Of a stretch of 64,000 bases of DNA, positions 13,801-25,588 are shown in pieces. The DNA is from Paraspadella gotoi. Its lineage: Eukaryota > Animalia > Chaetognatha. The stretch spans positions 24,921,605-24,985,604 of the forward strand of contig CM119265.1 in assembly GCA_051294375.1 (NCBI GenBank), read 5' to 3'. The position numbers and the translations under genes were made by a program. Under the pieces are notes generated by a model. That model saw only the letters and a list, made by a program, of their open reading frames with translations, was not told the DNA's origin and searched no databases. The first letter of the stretch is position 1, and each line of letters opens with the position of its first letter.

Positions 13801-15715
13801 CCATCCAGTCGATCAACGGTCTCCTCGAAAAGGCCGACCGAGTCTACAAGACTCTCGTCGCCTTCCGTCCCTCGCTAGAGGCTCTGCTCCTTCGCGTCTA
13901 CGACCACGGCAGCGACTCCACGCCGACCGGGGATCCGCTGGTCGACGGGGTCGTGGGTAAGGCCGCTCGGGTTGTGGGCGCCAGATGGGTGTGGCTATGC
14001 AGTATGCATAGATGAAGGAAGGGTTCTTGCCTGAGTGCTTACGCGGTGAAAAGAAGCCTTTTTCGAACGATGCAACCGGGGGAATGATTTTTTAAATCCC
14101 GGATGTTGCTTTCCGTCAGGTGTGGCATGTCCTCAGGGCCACCTGCTCAAGTTTAATGAACGAGACAATGGCTGGGCTTGTGACGGGCGAAAGGATCCGG
14201 GGGGATGCAAAAGGGGCATCACTGGTTTCCGACAAACGAGTCGGGTGCCCCGATATCGGTGCCAGTCTTGCGATTATGATCTTTGCGATGCCTGTTACGA
14301 AATCCGCAAAGGTAGATAGAAAATTACAAAAATAGGCTATTGGGTTGTTCTTTCCCCCCTTGAGGTGCGGAGAAAAGTAGAAGTGGTTTTCAGTGGTTCT
14401 GTGATTTTTGTGGTGGTTTATCTTTCATTCGTTCTTCTGGTTTTAATTAACAAAATCGGTTTTTGCACTCTTTGGATATCGGCTAGTCCTCGTCCCCTAT
14501 GTTCCTGTGCTCCCTTTGCTGCTCGACTAACTTTTTTAAGGAGAGATTCCTTGTGTTTCTCATTTTAAGTTGTTTTTTTGTTTCCTTAATTTTCATTAAG
14601 GAAATCTAGCGGTCATCAACAGTCTGCCGAGCGGGGTACCCCAAGGACATCCCGCCGGCGCCTCAGGGGGCGTCGCCCCCGTCCCACCCACTTCCGTCGC
14701 CGGGGGGCTGACCTCCGTTAATCTGTCCATTCAGAAAATCGCCCAGCGATATTGCGGCGATTGCAAGGCGAGTTTTAATTTATATTAAATAAAAGAAACA
14801 ATATATGTCATAATTACGTATACTCAAAAAAGAGGATTTTACTCAGGCCTCTTTCGAGGATCTCTCGAAAATCATTCAAAAGGTTTTGGCGACGAGAAAA
14901 GAGTTGGTAGAGTACGATCGGAAACAGCGGGAGGCGTCCATTCGGAGGGCGGCCGTCGCCACTTCAGGTGAGGCTTGAATTGAGGTGCATTACTCTTTTT
15001 AAATGATTTCAGTTGTTCTCTTACAGTTTATTTACTAACGACTAAAAAAAAAATTAAATCAAACCCTCCTTTCCCCCCTAATCTTCACGTCGAAGTTTCG
15101 GCCACGCCCCTCGCCTGGGGCTCCGGCGTCGTCGCCTCCTCCAGCATGGTGTCCAGCGCCACGACGCCTCTGTCGGAGATGGCGACGTCCGGCGCCATGA
15201 CGTCCTCGACGGTAGGCGCCGACGAATCTTGTCAGGAATCCTTGGAGTCACCGCGTCCCGCCGGGCGATGCTACGGTTGCGCCACCGCCTCCGTCGAACA
15301 CTGCATCACCCTGCTGAGGGCACTGGCTAACAACCCCGTCACGAAGAGGATGCTGTGCGACGAGGTGGGATTCATACACTCGTATATTCTCGCGTTTCGA
15401 CCTCAACCTTTGTAGTTGGCTTTCTCTTACGTTTACTATTGTTCTAATTCTCACTCACTCTTTCACAAACCGACTCTTTATCACTCCCATATGGAACCTC
15501 TCCCTCCTTTCTTTCCCAGGGTCTCGTCCGCGAGTTGATCGACTTCAACCTCCGCCGCGGATCGCCACTCGTTCGCCTCCAAGTCCGTACTCTTCTTTGT
15601 ATCCTGACGAAGAACAACCCCAGCGCCACGAGCGAGATGAACGCCCTGTTGATGACGCGGATTGGCGCCGCCATTAGGGGTCACCTCTCCAATCCTGAGC
15701 TGGTAGGGAAAGTGG

Positions 15716-15753
<38 letters not shown>

Positions 15754-18700
15754 CTTTTACGTTCAAATTTACGTTTTATTTTTCCGTTTTTAGGCTTCGT
15801 CCGTGAGACACGAGATGGCTCTTCTCTTCACTTCGATGCAGATACCCGGTAAAAAATGTTTAGAATTTGAAAAAATAAACTTTTCAAATCTTTATTCGTC
15901 CCCTACTCTGTCTCAAAAAAAAAAGGCGACTATTGCTGGGAGCAGCGTCTCCGCTGCGTACTCCGTCTCTTCCTCCTCTCGCTCGGCGTCAAGGGGGCGT
16001 CGCCCGTCATACTTGAGATCGTGACGCTGCCGTGCCTAAAAATCCTGAGAGGACTCATCGCACCGCCGAACGGCAAACAAAAGGTAAGCGGTTGGAGGGA
16101 AGAATTCAATGCAATCAAATCGAACTAATACTTATACTAATAGTTATAGTAATAGTTATACTAATCAAGCGAACGAAATCATTTATATATCTTCAGAACG
16201 GAGCTCCCGCGTCGTCGGCCTCCGCTTCGCCCGTCGCCATCGACGTCCGGCGATGGTTGAGCGGCGACGATGTCGGTCTGGCGCCCTCGTCCTACGACGG
16301 ATGGCGCGCCGTCGCCTTGCACGACTTTAAAAGGTGAAGAAGAAGTCGTAAATTTAATAGTTTTCTCTTAGTTGCCTGCGAGTATTAAGACTTTATTTTC
16401 ACCTTGTCTTATATCGCAAATTATAATAATTATAATTATTTCAGCTCGGCCGGAAAACCTCCGTTGCCTGCTCGACCTTCGAAGGACGGAAATTGGAAAG
16501 ATAAAAAATTCCACCGAAAAATCATTCGAGAAAGATTTCTTGTCGAAAAATACTTTGGTGAGTCTCAAGGAGGAGAAAACACTTAACAAATACTCAATAC
16601 TTAACTTTTTAACTTATTCTTTTTTTCTCCGTCTCCGTAGCCAAATGGAAAATGTATTGTCGGTTCTCGACGGCTTCGAAACGAGCCGACGCGGCCGGCG
16701 AAAGCGCCCCCGCCGCCTCTTCCGCGGCCACCCGAGATCTCTTGGGTAAGTTGGAATTCGTCAGCGATCGTCATTTCATGCGGGTTACTTGGTAATTGTT
16801 GAACTTTGTCTCTTTTCCTCCTAGGCTTCGCTCTGGGCGTTGACCGCCGCGACCCAGCCTCCTTCAATTGGCTCCGTCGCTCCCTCTTCACGTCGTCCTC
16901 GCGATCACTGCGCCAAGTGGCCGCCACCATAGTCGTGGCGCTGGCGCATCAGCAGAACCTTAAGAGGAGGCAGGAAATTCTCGACATGCTGACCGGGTAG
17001 GCTTTTGGACTTGATGAAAGGATCGCGGGGTGGTGGGAGGGTTTGTTTAATGGAAAATGGAAACGACGATCGATAAATTAGTTGAAACGACAACTCTACC
17101 CTATCCTTAAGAAATAAAGCTGCTTGTAATGGCTCCTATCAGTCGCGATTCTCTCTTTATGCACCTTCACCCTTCAATTCCCCCCCCCCAGTTTCCTCGA
17201 CGAGCTCCACGTGGCCGGAGAGAGCGGGGGAGAGTTCCTGACCACCTACCAGACGTTGATCAAGGAGGATCACTGGAAATACTACTTGGTCGTCAAAGGA
17301 AAACTGCTGCCCAAGATCTGCGGCCTCATCAACAAAGAGCTGGCCCATTTGGCGCGGTTGGAAGAGACTTCGTTGTCGTCCGACCTTTCATTGGGCTACA
17401 CCCTCAAGGCGTTGACGGGTGAGTGGGAGGAAAGGTGGGGTCATGGGAAGGTTGTCAATTTGATAGTTTGTGTTATTGCTATTGCTGTTCTTCAAATATT
17501 CTCGGCAGAGCTTCTCTCGTCTCTGGTAGCTCAGGATGCGATCAAAGCCAACTATAAATCGCGGGGTCTTTTGGCCACCGTCCTCAACGGATATCTCTCC
17601 CTGAGGAAGCTCGTCGTCCAGAGGACCAAACTTATCGACGAGACGCAGGACAAGATGCTTGAGCTGCTCGAGGATATGACATCCGGTTGGATAGAGAATG
17701 AATGAATGAATGAATAAATGGTTTAAAATTAACGAATAATTTGTCACGATCCAATAACCCACAGTCGACTTGACGAGATGTCCCCAATGTAATGTAAAAA
17801 TGAAGATGATGAATGAATGAATAAGAAGACACAAAAATAATACATTGAACACTGTTTGATTAATAGGAATGAACGAAATAATTCTCTCCCTAGGAACCGA
17901 GTCCGAGCTGAAATCCTTCATGACGATCTGCGTGGAGACGGTCCACAAGTACGGCGTCGACGACTACCGAACGCCCGTCTTCGTCTTTGAGCGTCTCTGC
18001 TCCATCGTCTACCCTGAGGCCAACGAGATCGGAGAATTCTTCCTCGCCCTGGAGAAGGATCCGCAGCAGGAGGACTTTCTTCAAGGTGAGGCCGTTTTTG
18101 GAAGGGGGAGTCAAAAGATGTTTTTACAAAAATAAATAAAATAAATAAATATGAAAATGTGAGTGAAATAAAGTTACAAGGATGTTTTCTTTCCCAGGAC
18201 GCATGATGGGTAACCCTTACTCCTCCAACGAACCCGGGTTGGGTCCCCTCATGCGCGACGTCAAGAACAAGATCTGCCAGGACTGCGAGCTGGTGGCGTT
18301 GCTAGAGGACGACTCCGGGATGGAACTCCTCGTCAACAACAAGATCATCGGCCTCGATCTTCCTGTCAAAGACGTCTATAAAAAGATCTGGCTCGGGGAG
18401 GCCGGCAATCAAGAGGTATACTTGGCAATAATGTTTAATAAGGAAATAAAAAAGGAAATTAAAATGCGTTTCTCTCCCAAGGGCGACCCCATGCGCGTCG
18501 TCTATCGCATGCGCGGTCTCCTCGGCGACGCGACCGAAGACATGGTGGAGACTCTGGACACGAACAACGACGACGACGTCGACAACGAAGAAGTCTTCAA
18601 GATGGCCGCCGTTCTCTCCACGGGATCGCCTTCGGGTAAGATAAAGATTAAAACTCGATTAGATTTTAAACTAAATTAAACAACAAAATTAATCCTAGGC

Positions 18701-21700
18701 TTGGAGGTGATGTTGTGGCGTCTCGCCGCCGTGACCGATCTCGTACGGGGTCGCCACCTGCTCTTGACGCTGCTCAAACTTTTCTCCTTCTGCGTCAAAG
18801 TTGGCGCCAACCGGAAAGCGTTGCTCCAACCGCATCTCAACGCCATCTCGGTCATGCTAGCTTCGCTTAATATGGTAGTGTCACTTTTGTTTTCAAGTTT
18901 CTTCTTTTTATCCTTAATTAAAACCTCTCTCCCCCTATCCCCTTCCCAGGTCCTCCACGCCGGCAACGAGGCCCTCTCCAGCCCCGGCTCGGGCCAACCC
19001 TCCATCGCCGAGATGCTCGTCGAGATCATGGAGGCCATCTTCACCGAAGCCTCCCTTGAGCCCCCCGGCCGCCAGAAGGAGTTCTCGGCCATGTGCGGCG
19101 ACCGCGTGCAACTCGTCACGTTGCTCGAGCGCATCTACTCGCCGCACGTGCGCGCGCACGTTCCCGTCATGCAGTCGCTTATGCGTCTCGTTCCCTTCTT
19201 GTCCTTTGGCGACGAGGAGAAGATCGGCGCTTTGATCGATCACTTCAAGCAGTTCATGGATTTCGAGAAGTGGGTCTCTCTCTCTTTCCCTACTTCTCCC
19301 CCCCCTCCCTCCCTCAACTCATGGTTTTTGTTCCTCATTCAGATACGATACGGACCACACCTCGGACGACACGCTTCGCCTGGAATGCGTCTGCGTCGTT
19401 ACATCCGGAATTTTGATGAACGCCAATGGAGAACGCCTCAAGGACGCCTTCGTAGAAAAGGGCGTGGTCACGCTGGCGCTGAATTACGTCATTAAATACG
19501 CGCCTCCAGTCACCACTTATTTGGCGTAAGCATTAAAGCCATTATGCCGTTAACGATTAATAACGATTAATATTATAAAAGCTGTTCGTTTCATTTTCTA
19601 TTATTATTTTCTTTATTTAATTCGCTTTTAATAAAAATTTTAAGTGGCAACTGCGTCGATGAAATAAGGTAGTGTGGACGCATTAGATTAAACCGGAAAT
19701 CAGAAACTGACTACTCTTTCGACGATGGTTGATGCACGAAGGTTTAAAAAAAAAGAATGCATGACAGTTCCGAGACAAGGTGGAAAAAAGAAAACTACTA
19801 TACTAGTGTTTTGAAGCGTTTCCATTTTTCTTCCTTTTTTTCTTCACTCCTTTTTTCATTTTCCTTTTTTCACTTTCATTTTCCTTCCTCAGCACGGACC
19901 ATGACGACTGGAAAGACTTTTTGGCCAAACCGGCTCTCCCTTTCGTCCTTCGTCTCTTGACGGGATTGTCCCAGGGTCACTCCCCTACCCAGTCGCTACT
20001 GGGCTCCACGGGTCCCTGCATCCCCGTCTTTCACAAGTTGGAACAAGTGTCCACTAACGCCGCCATCGGTATGGGTCAAGAATGCCTGCGTCTAGGCTAA
20101 ATAAAATAACAAAACTTAAACAACCTCCTCTCTTACTCCAATACAGGCTCCCTCTCCGAAAACCTCTTGGAGGCCTTGCGCGAGCATCCATCTGTCGCCA
20201 AAGCCATTGAGGAAATCCGAGAGAAGACGAAGAGCGAGAAAAAACGACGGGCGATGGACATGAGAGAGAAACAACTCAAACTCTTGGGGATGAAGACCAA
20301 CAACAAGGGACAGGTGCGGCTAGAAAGTTATGATATTGCAGGGATTGAAATAAAGACCGGAGGATCGTATATTATTTGTCTCTACCGTCATTCTCTCCCT
20401 TCACCGAAAATGAAAGGTTCTGGCCAAACAAGACCTACTCGTCTCCATGGGCGAAGTGATGGACGAGTCCGGCCTCACCTGCTGCATCTGTCGCGAGGGC
20501 TACAAGTTCCATCCGCAGAAGGTGCTCGCCATCTACACCTTCTCCAAACGCGCCAACGTGGAGGACATGGAGACGAAGACTCGGAAGACGCAGGGCTACG
20601 CCACCGTCTCTCACTTCAACGTCGTCCACGTCGACTGTCACAACAGCGCCGTCAGAATGCAACGCGGCCGCGACGAGTGGGAGTCCGCCGCGCTGCAGAA
20701 CGCCAATACGAGGTGGGAGTGAGAGGAAAACAAGATGGCAAAATCCCAGCGATTGTTGGCTTCAAATTGTTAAATTTCCCCCCCCAAGTTTTTTTCCGCG
20801 AACCCTACATTTAAATTACATCCGTAATTCTTTGTCCAGGTGCAACGGTCTCCTCCCGCTTTGGGGACCTCAGGTGCCGGAGTCCGCCTTCGCCAACTGC
20901 TTGGCCCGACACAACAACTACCTTCAAGAAAGCACCGGTGAGTCACGTCGAAGAGAATTGATCGAATTAATTTAATTAATCTAACTCCCTCTCTCCAAGG
21001 CGTCCGCGACACGACTTACCCTCTCGCTCTCCACGACATCAAACAATTGCTGCTTCGCTTCGCCTTCGAAAAGTCTTTCTCGGACGAGACGGGCGGCGGC
21101 GGGCCAGAGTCCAATCTCCATCTCATCCCTTACCTTTTCCAAATGGCGCTCTACGTTATCAACACCACGAGGGCGTATCCCAGGGAGGAGAAGAGTTTGA
21201 ATCAGGTCGGGAGAATTTCGGGTAGTAAAAAAAAAAAGCTGATGTTAAGTTACTAGATATCTTTTATCAAAAATTATAATTAATTAAATATAATAGGGGT
21301 GAAACCGTGTCAAAAACCTCACGAAAAAGTTTCTCCTAAAATTTTTTTTCCCCTTCTAGTTCCTCGGACACCCGCCAGGTTCGCCTAAGTGGCTGGAATC
21401 GCCCTACGACACGGAGTCCCCCTTTTTCTGGACGACGACGTCGATGGCGATTCAATCAGGCGCCGCCTGGCGACGGAACAGGCTCGCCTTACTCGACCGA
21501 CTCTTGATCTCCGTCCACTGTCATCACGTGATGCCAGGCGGAGGAGCCAAATTGACCGGTGAGAATGATGATGATAACTAGATCTTGTTACTGCTACGAA
21601 TGTGGCCGATTTTTAAAGAATTCTGACAACGGTTCTTTTATATACATTCATGAATTCTAATATCGGTCCGCCTCGCCACGAAATACCCTTTTGTTCCCGG

Positions 21701-22318
21701 TAGTCGATAGATCGCGATAGATCTATCGACAACCGCGAACAAAAGGGCATTTCGTGGCGAGGCGGACCAATATAGAATTAATATTCCATAAAGGAATTAA
21801 AAATTCATTCATTCATTCATTTAATCGATCATACGATTTTCATATTTATTCCTTATTTATCCGTCCATCCATTTATGCATCCATTACAGACAAAGACATC
21901 AAGCCCTACTCGGTCTACAAACCGGCGATCGTTCTCTTCGGTCTCGTCGACGCCTTCTACCGAATTCTTTGGTCGAAGGTCGCCTTTGATGTCGGAGGCG
22001 GTGCGCCCGGAACGTCCGCTGCCGCAGCCGCAGCGGATCAGCCCTCATGGTCGCAGGCGCTGAGCGAGTGGATCAGGCACAACGACACCGCCATTACGGA
22101 GTCCTTGCCAAAGTAAATGCCATTCCGTATTAATTGATTTGGTTGTAAATTTATTCTTCACTGTCGCGATTGACTTCTCCAGGTTGCTCGAATTCTACAA
22201 GGACGAGATTCTTCCCGTGGAGTCCCTCGACGAAGCGCTGGACGTGCTCGGCCTGCTCGGCGACGTCCCCAACGCCGAAGAACATCTCAAGAGCCTCTTG
22301 CAGCCGCTGCCGTCTTGA
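1..22318 (+). CDS. UBR4: E3/E4 ubiquitin-protein ligase UBR4 (p600 / purity of essence / plant BIG orthologue), multi-exon, 5' part lies upstream of the window
   Basis: About 48 exons join in frame through GT-AG (one GC-AG) introns; examples 2022-2970, 3661-5550, 8610-11422, 13042-13403, 13487-13697, 18198-18416, 20417-20712, 22183-22318 (TGA 22316-22318). Recognisable UBR4 blocks: UBR box ([21 protein letters not shown]...), [102 protein letters not shown], hemi-RING (CCICREGY...[10 protein letters not shown]), GGGGPESN. Individual exon edges are hand-derived and may be off by a few nt. Confidence 0.97.
2709..2925 (+). other. UBR4: UBR-box zinc finger (N-degron recognition domain) of UBR4
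   Basis: ORF 2091-3017 translation [67 protein letters not shown] matches the UBR-box Cys/His pattern. Confidence 0.95.
14120..14311 (+). CDS. Symmetric 192-nt exon inside UBR4 encoding a ZZ-like zinc finger (probable cassette exon)
   Basis: Acceptor ttccgtcAG|, donor AAAG|GTagat, phase 1/1, no stop; peptide [64 protein letters not shown]. Flanking exons (end 13956, start 14601) are also phase 1. Confidence 0.85.
20477..20712 (+). other. UBR4: UBR4 C-terminal hemi-RING zinc finger region
   Basis: [25 protein letters not shown]...[20 protein letters not shown]...[13 protein letters not shown]. Confidence 0.9.
21653..21779. repeat. Near-perfect palindrome (about 55-60 bp arms, 6-nt loop) in a UBR4 intron; MITE-like or hairpin
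   Basis: Left arm tatcggtccgcctcgccacgaaatacccttttgttcccggtagtcgatagatc, loop gcgata, right arm gatctatcgacaaccgcgaacaaaagggcatttcgtggcgaggcggaccaata; 4 mismatches in the core arms. Confidence 0.92.
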
Positions 22319-22873
22319 GGAAGAGAGAGAAAGAGTTCGAACGAAATTGATTTTTTTTTTGGTTTTCGTTGTCTCCGCTTAAAACTAAAAGATTTGAACT
22401 TTGAACGATTGGAATTGAATGGAGTTTGCGATTTTCATCGAATCTGCTTTGTGGCCCGCTAGTGAGAGAGAGAGAGAGAGAAATCCTTCAGCTTATATAA
22501 ATTAGCTAACGAGGTTCGTGGTTTGTTTTTTTTTTTGTCTCCCACCCCCTACGTAGCCTAATTTTTTTTTGTTTTCAAAACCAAGTTTAACTTATTGCAC
22601 TTTTTAGCTTAGCCCACTTTTTTTTTTAAAGGTCATCATCGCTTAATAATTGCGAGTTCTCGAGTTTGTACGCACTCGAGATTTTGATAGATAGAAAAAA
22701 AAAGAAGAAAAACAAAGTAATTATTGTTGTCTCTTAGTTTTTCGATCGTCTCTCTTTTCGTCTAATTTCACTCGAGCTAATTGAGTTTATCCCCCCCTTT
22801 TTTTTTGCACTGCTGTGGAATGTGGTTTTAATTTATGGATGTTAGTTTTGTCGCGATTCACGAGGAACATATT

Positions 22874-22917
22874 AATAAATTTTTTTTTGGAAATCGGAAA
22901 AAAAGTTGGTTTTTATT
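22874..22917. terminator. Opposed polyadenylation signals for UBR4 (+, AATAAA 22874-22879) and rhomboid (-, TTTATT 22912-22917)
   Basis: Hexamers lie between the two convergent stop codons (22318 and 23102). Usage is inferred only. Confidence 0.45.
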
Positions 22918-23101
22918 TTTCATTTGAGAAATGCGAAAAAGGAAGAGATAGATTCGTGACACCATCGAAAAAATGTAGATTCAGTTAGTAGTTCGGTGAC
23001 AATCCAAATTTAACCAATTTTACGTAAAGTGAGTGCGAAATGCCGACGCCGGAATGCGATTTTCATTTTTTAAAAAAAAGTCGCGCGATTTGGTGATGGC
23101 C

Positions 23102-25551
23102 TTAACCTTGCCCATCACGATCTCCGTAGGGACACGGAAGATTCGTGTTTATGCTGCATCGGTATCTGTATTTGTCGAAGTTTTGCTCCGGAAATCCGTC
23201 ATACAAACAATTGAACAAAATGGCGGTCACGACCAAGGCCACGTAGATTCCTGGAAAAACAAAAGGGCAGCGTTTAGACGGAAGTTAATAATTAAAAGAA
23301 ATTGATTATACTGAAATTCTGGTTCCCCCCTCATAATCCTACCGACCCATCTCCTGATAGTCTACTCACCCAAACCGACTTTCCACAAGATGCCCTCGTA
23401 AAATCTTTTCTTAAGATTCCGCAAGATGGCGAGTCCTATGAGAGCCCCAGTGATGGCGCCGCCCAAGTGTGCGCCGTGGGAAACGAGGACAGTTTCTGCA
23501 ATTTGAAAGAAAAATTTGATAGTTTAACGAAGGGAAAATAGTGAAAAACATATTAATAGAATTTTGAGGGAGGTCAAACAAATTTTTTTAAGACCAAAGA
23601 ACCACAAAGAAGTTGCCCCAAAGTCCCATCCATGCGTGTCTCCATTTTTAATTCACCTATGATCTTCCAAAAAAAACCAAAAAACTAGTTTTCACTCACG
23701 CGGTCTGAATCGGTAGTAAAAAACGAGTCCGACATCCAGCGCAATGTAAAGCACGAGGACGATGACTCGGATTTTGTTGTAGAGCATCTCCTTGTAGTTG
23801 ATGGCAACGTTGGCCACGTGGGCGCAGATCAGGGCGTAAACGCCACCTGTCGGTGTCAGGGAGGGCGTGTTGGAGTTGAGAGGTGTGGAGTTAAAGGAGA
23901 AGTAACGTATTAGCGGAAGATAATGATAATGACCAACTATAAAATACTACTTATGAAGCAGTGATTTTTTGAAGGTCTGGTAACTCGAGCATCTACATTC
24001 AATACTTAAATAAATATAAATATATAATATAATAAATATGGTACAGAAACATTTATATATTTATCTAATTAAAACAAACCCATTGGCATTGGTGGCCAAT
24101 GGCCTCCTCTTATCTTATTCGTGCAAATAGGGTTAGGCAGAGACTTACCCGAGGCGCCGACCAAACCGTACGAGACGTCGATCATGGAGTGAGCGAGTGA
24201 ACCGGCGATCACGCCTGAGAAAGGGAATCAATGGCCAATCGACGAAACATTTGCAAGCTGATTGTAAGTGGGGGTGGGAACATCGCCTCGTGCTCACCCA
24301 GGAACCAAATGATGGCGATACGGTGCCACTTGTGCACGATCTCCAACGGAATCCCCAGCAACAGCATGATGATGACGTTGATGAGCAAATGATCGATGGA
24401 TCCGTGGACGAAGGAGTAGGTGATCCAACGCCAGACCTCGTAGCGGAACTGAGGACTATAGACGAGGGGTGAGTCGCACGGGCATTTGGTCACCGATCCT
24501 GTCATCGGTGAGAGGAAGGGAAGAGAGTTCAGAGATGGGGGGGGGAAATTGGATCAGTTTCGAATTATGTTCTGACCTCTTAGCCTTACCTTTTTAAACA
24601 ATTTAGAGCTAAGAGCTGCGGATCTTACATTTTACAGCTGCATCTAAAAGTTTCCAGCTTTGTATGGCAATGGAGGCGAAAACTGATAAGCGCCGGCAAG
24701 TGGCGAGAGTATTTACTATTGGAACTTACCCCCTTTTGTCTCTAACTCCCTTTTCAAGATTCCAACTTACCCCCCATTTTCTCATCTCACTTTTCAAGAT
24801 TTGGGGGGTTATCCCATTTAGTCTCTAACTTACTTAGCAAGAATAAAATTTACCTCTCTTTTGTCTGTCATTTAGCAAGATTATCTCTTTTTGTCTGTAA
24901 CTCACCTAACAAGCTGGCGTAGACCACGAAGACGATGATGCAGAAGAGAGAAACGACGGGGATGAAAAGGGGAGGAGGCCGACAATTCTTGTATTGACTG
25001 TGATACCAGATCGGAGTCACGGCTTTGACGAACGCTTCCAGGAAAGTCTGCGGATTGAAGGGAATGAGAGAGGAAGAGAGATGGAGAGAGGATGGAGGGA
25101 GAGAGAGAGAGAATGAACAAGTAAAAAAAAAAACAAAATCGAAATAAACTAAATCGAAATCACGACGAAAGAACAATATAAAAATAAAAGGGCATCAACA
25201 GTAATGATAACAAAATTGATAACAAAAATAAAATAAGAGGAGAAAACAAAATGAGCCATACTACTGATTCAATGCCCCCCACGCCCTCCCCTCAACCACC
25301 TGCGCCAAGTGCCTCGAGTCCTTCTCCGGTCGCTCGTGAAGGACGAGCTTCTCGAACTCCTTGTACGAGATCCACCCGTCGCGGTCCAAGTCTCCTTGGC
25401 GAATCAGTTCGTCCACGGCGTCGCGCGGGAGCTTTTCTGGGAAATCTTGAGGAAGAGGGTCGGGGTAGGGAAGAGTGGTTGGGTAATGGGGTCGGGAAGG
25501 GGTGGGTTGAAATATGTAGGGGTCTTTGACTTTTGACCTTTTGGTGACTGC

Positions 25552-25588
<37 letters not shown>

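Noticed and set aside
741-22063. Many antisense and alternate-frame ORFs overlapping UBR4 exons
   Set aside because: Expected shadows of GC-rich coding sequence; no independent motifs or splice structure.
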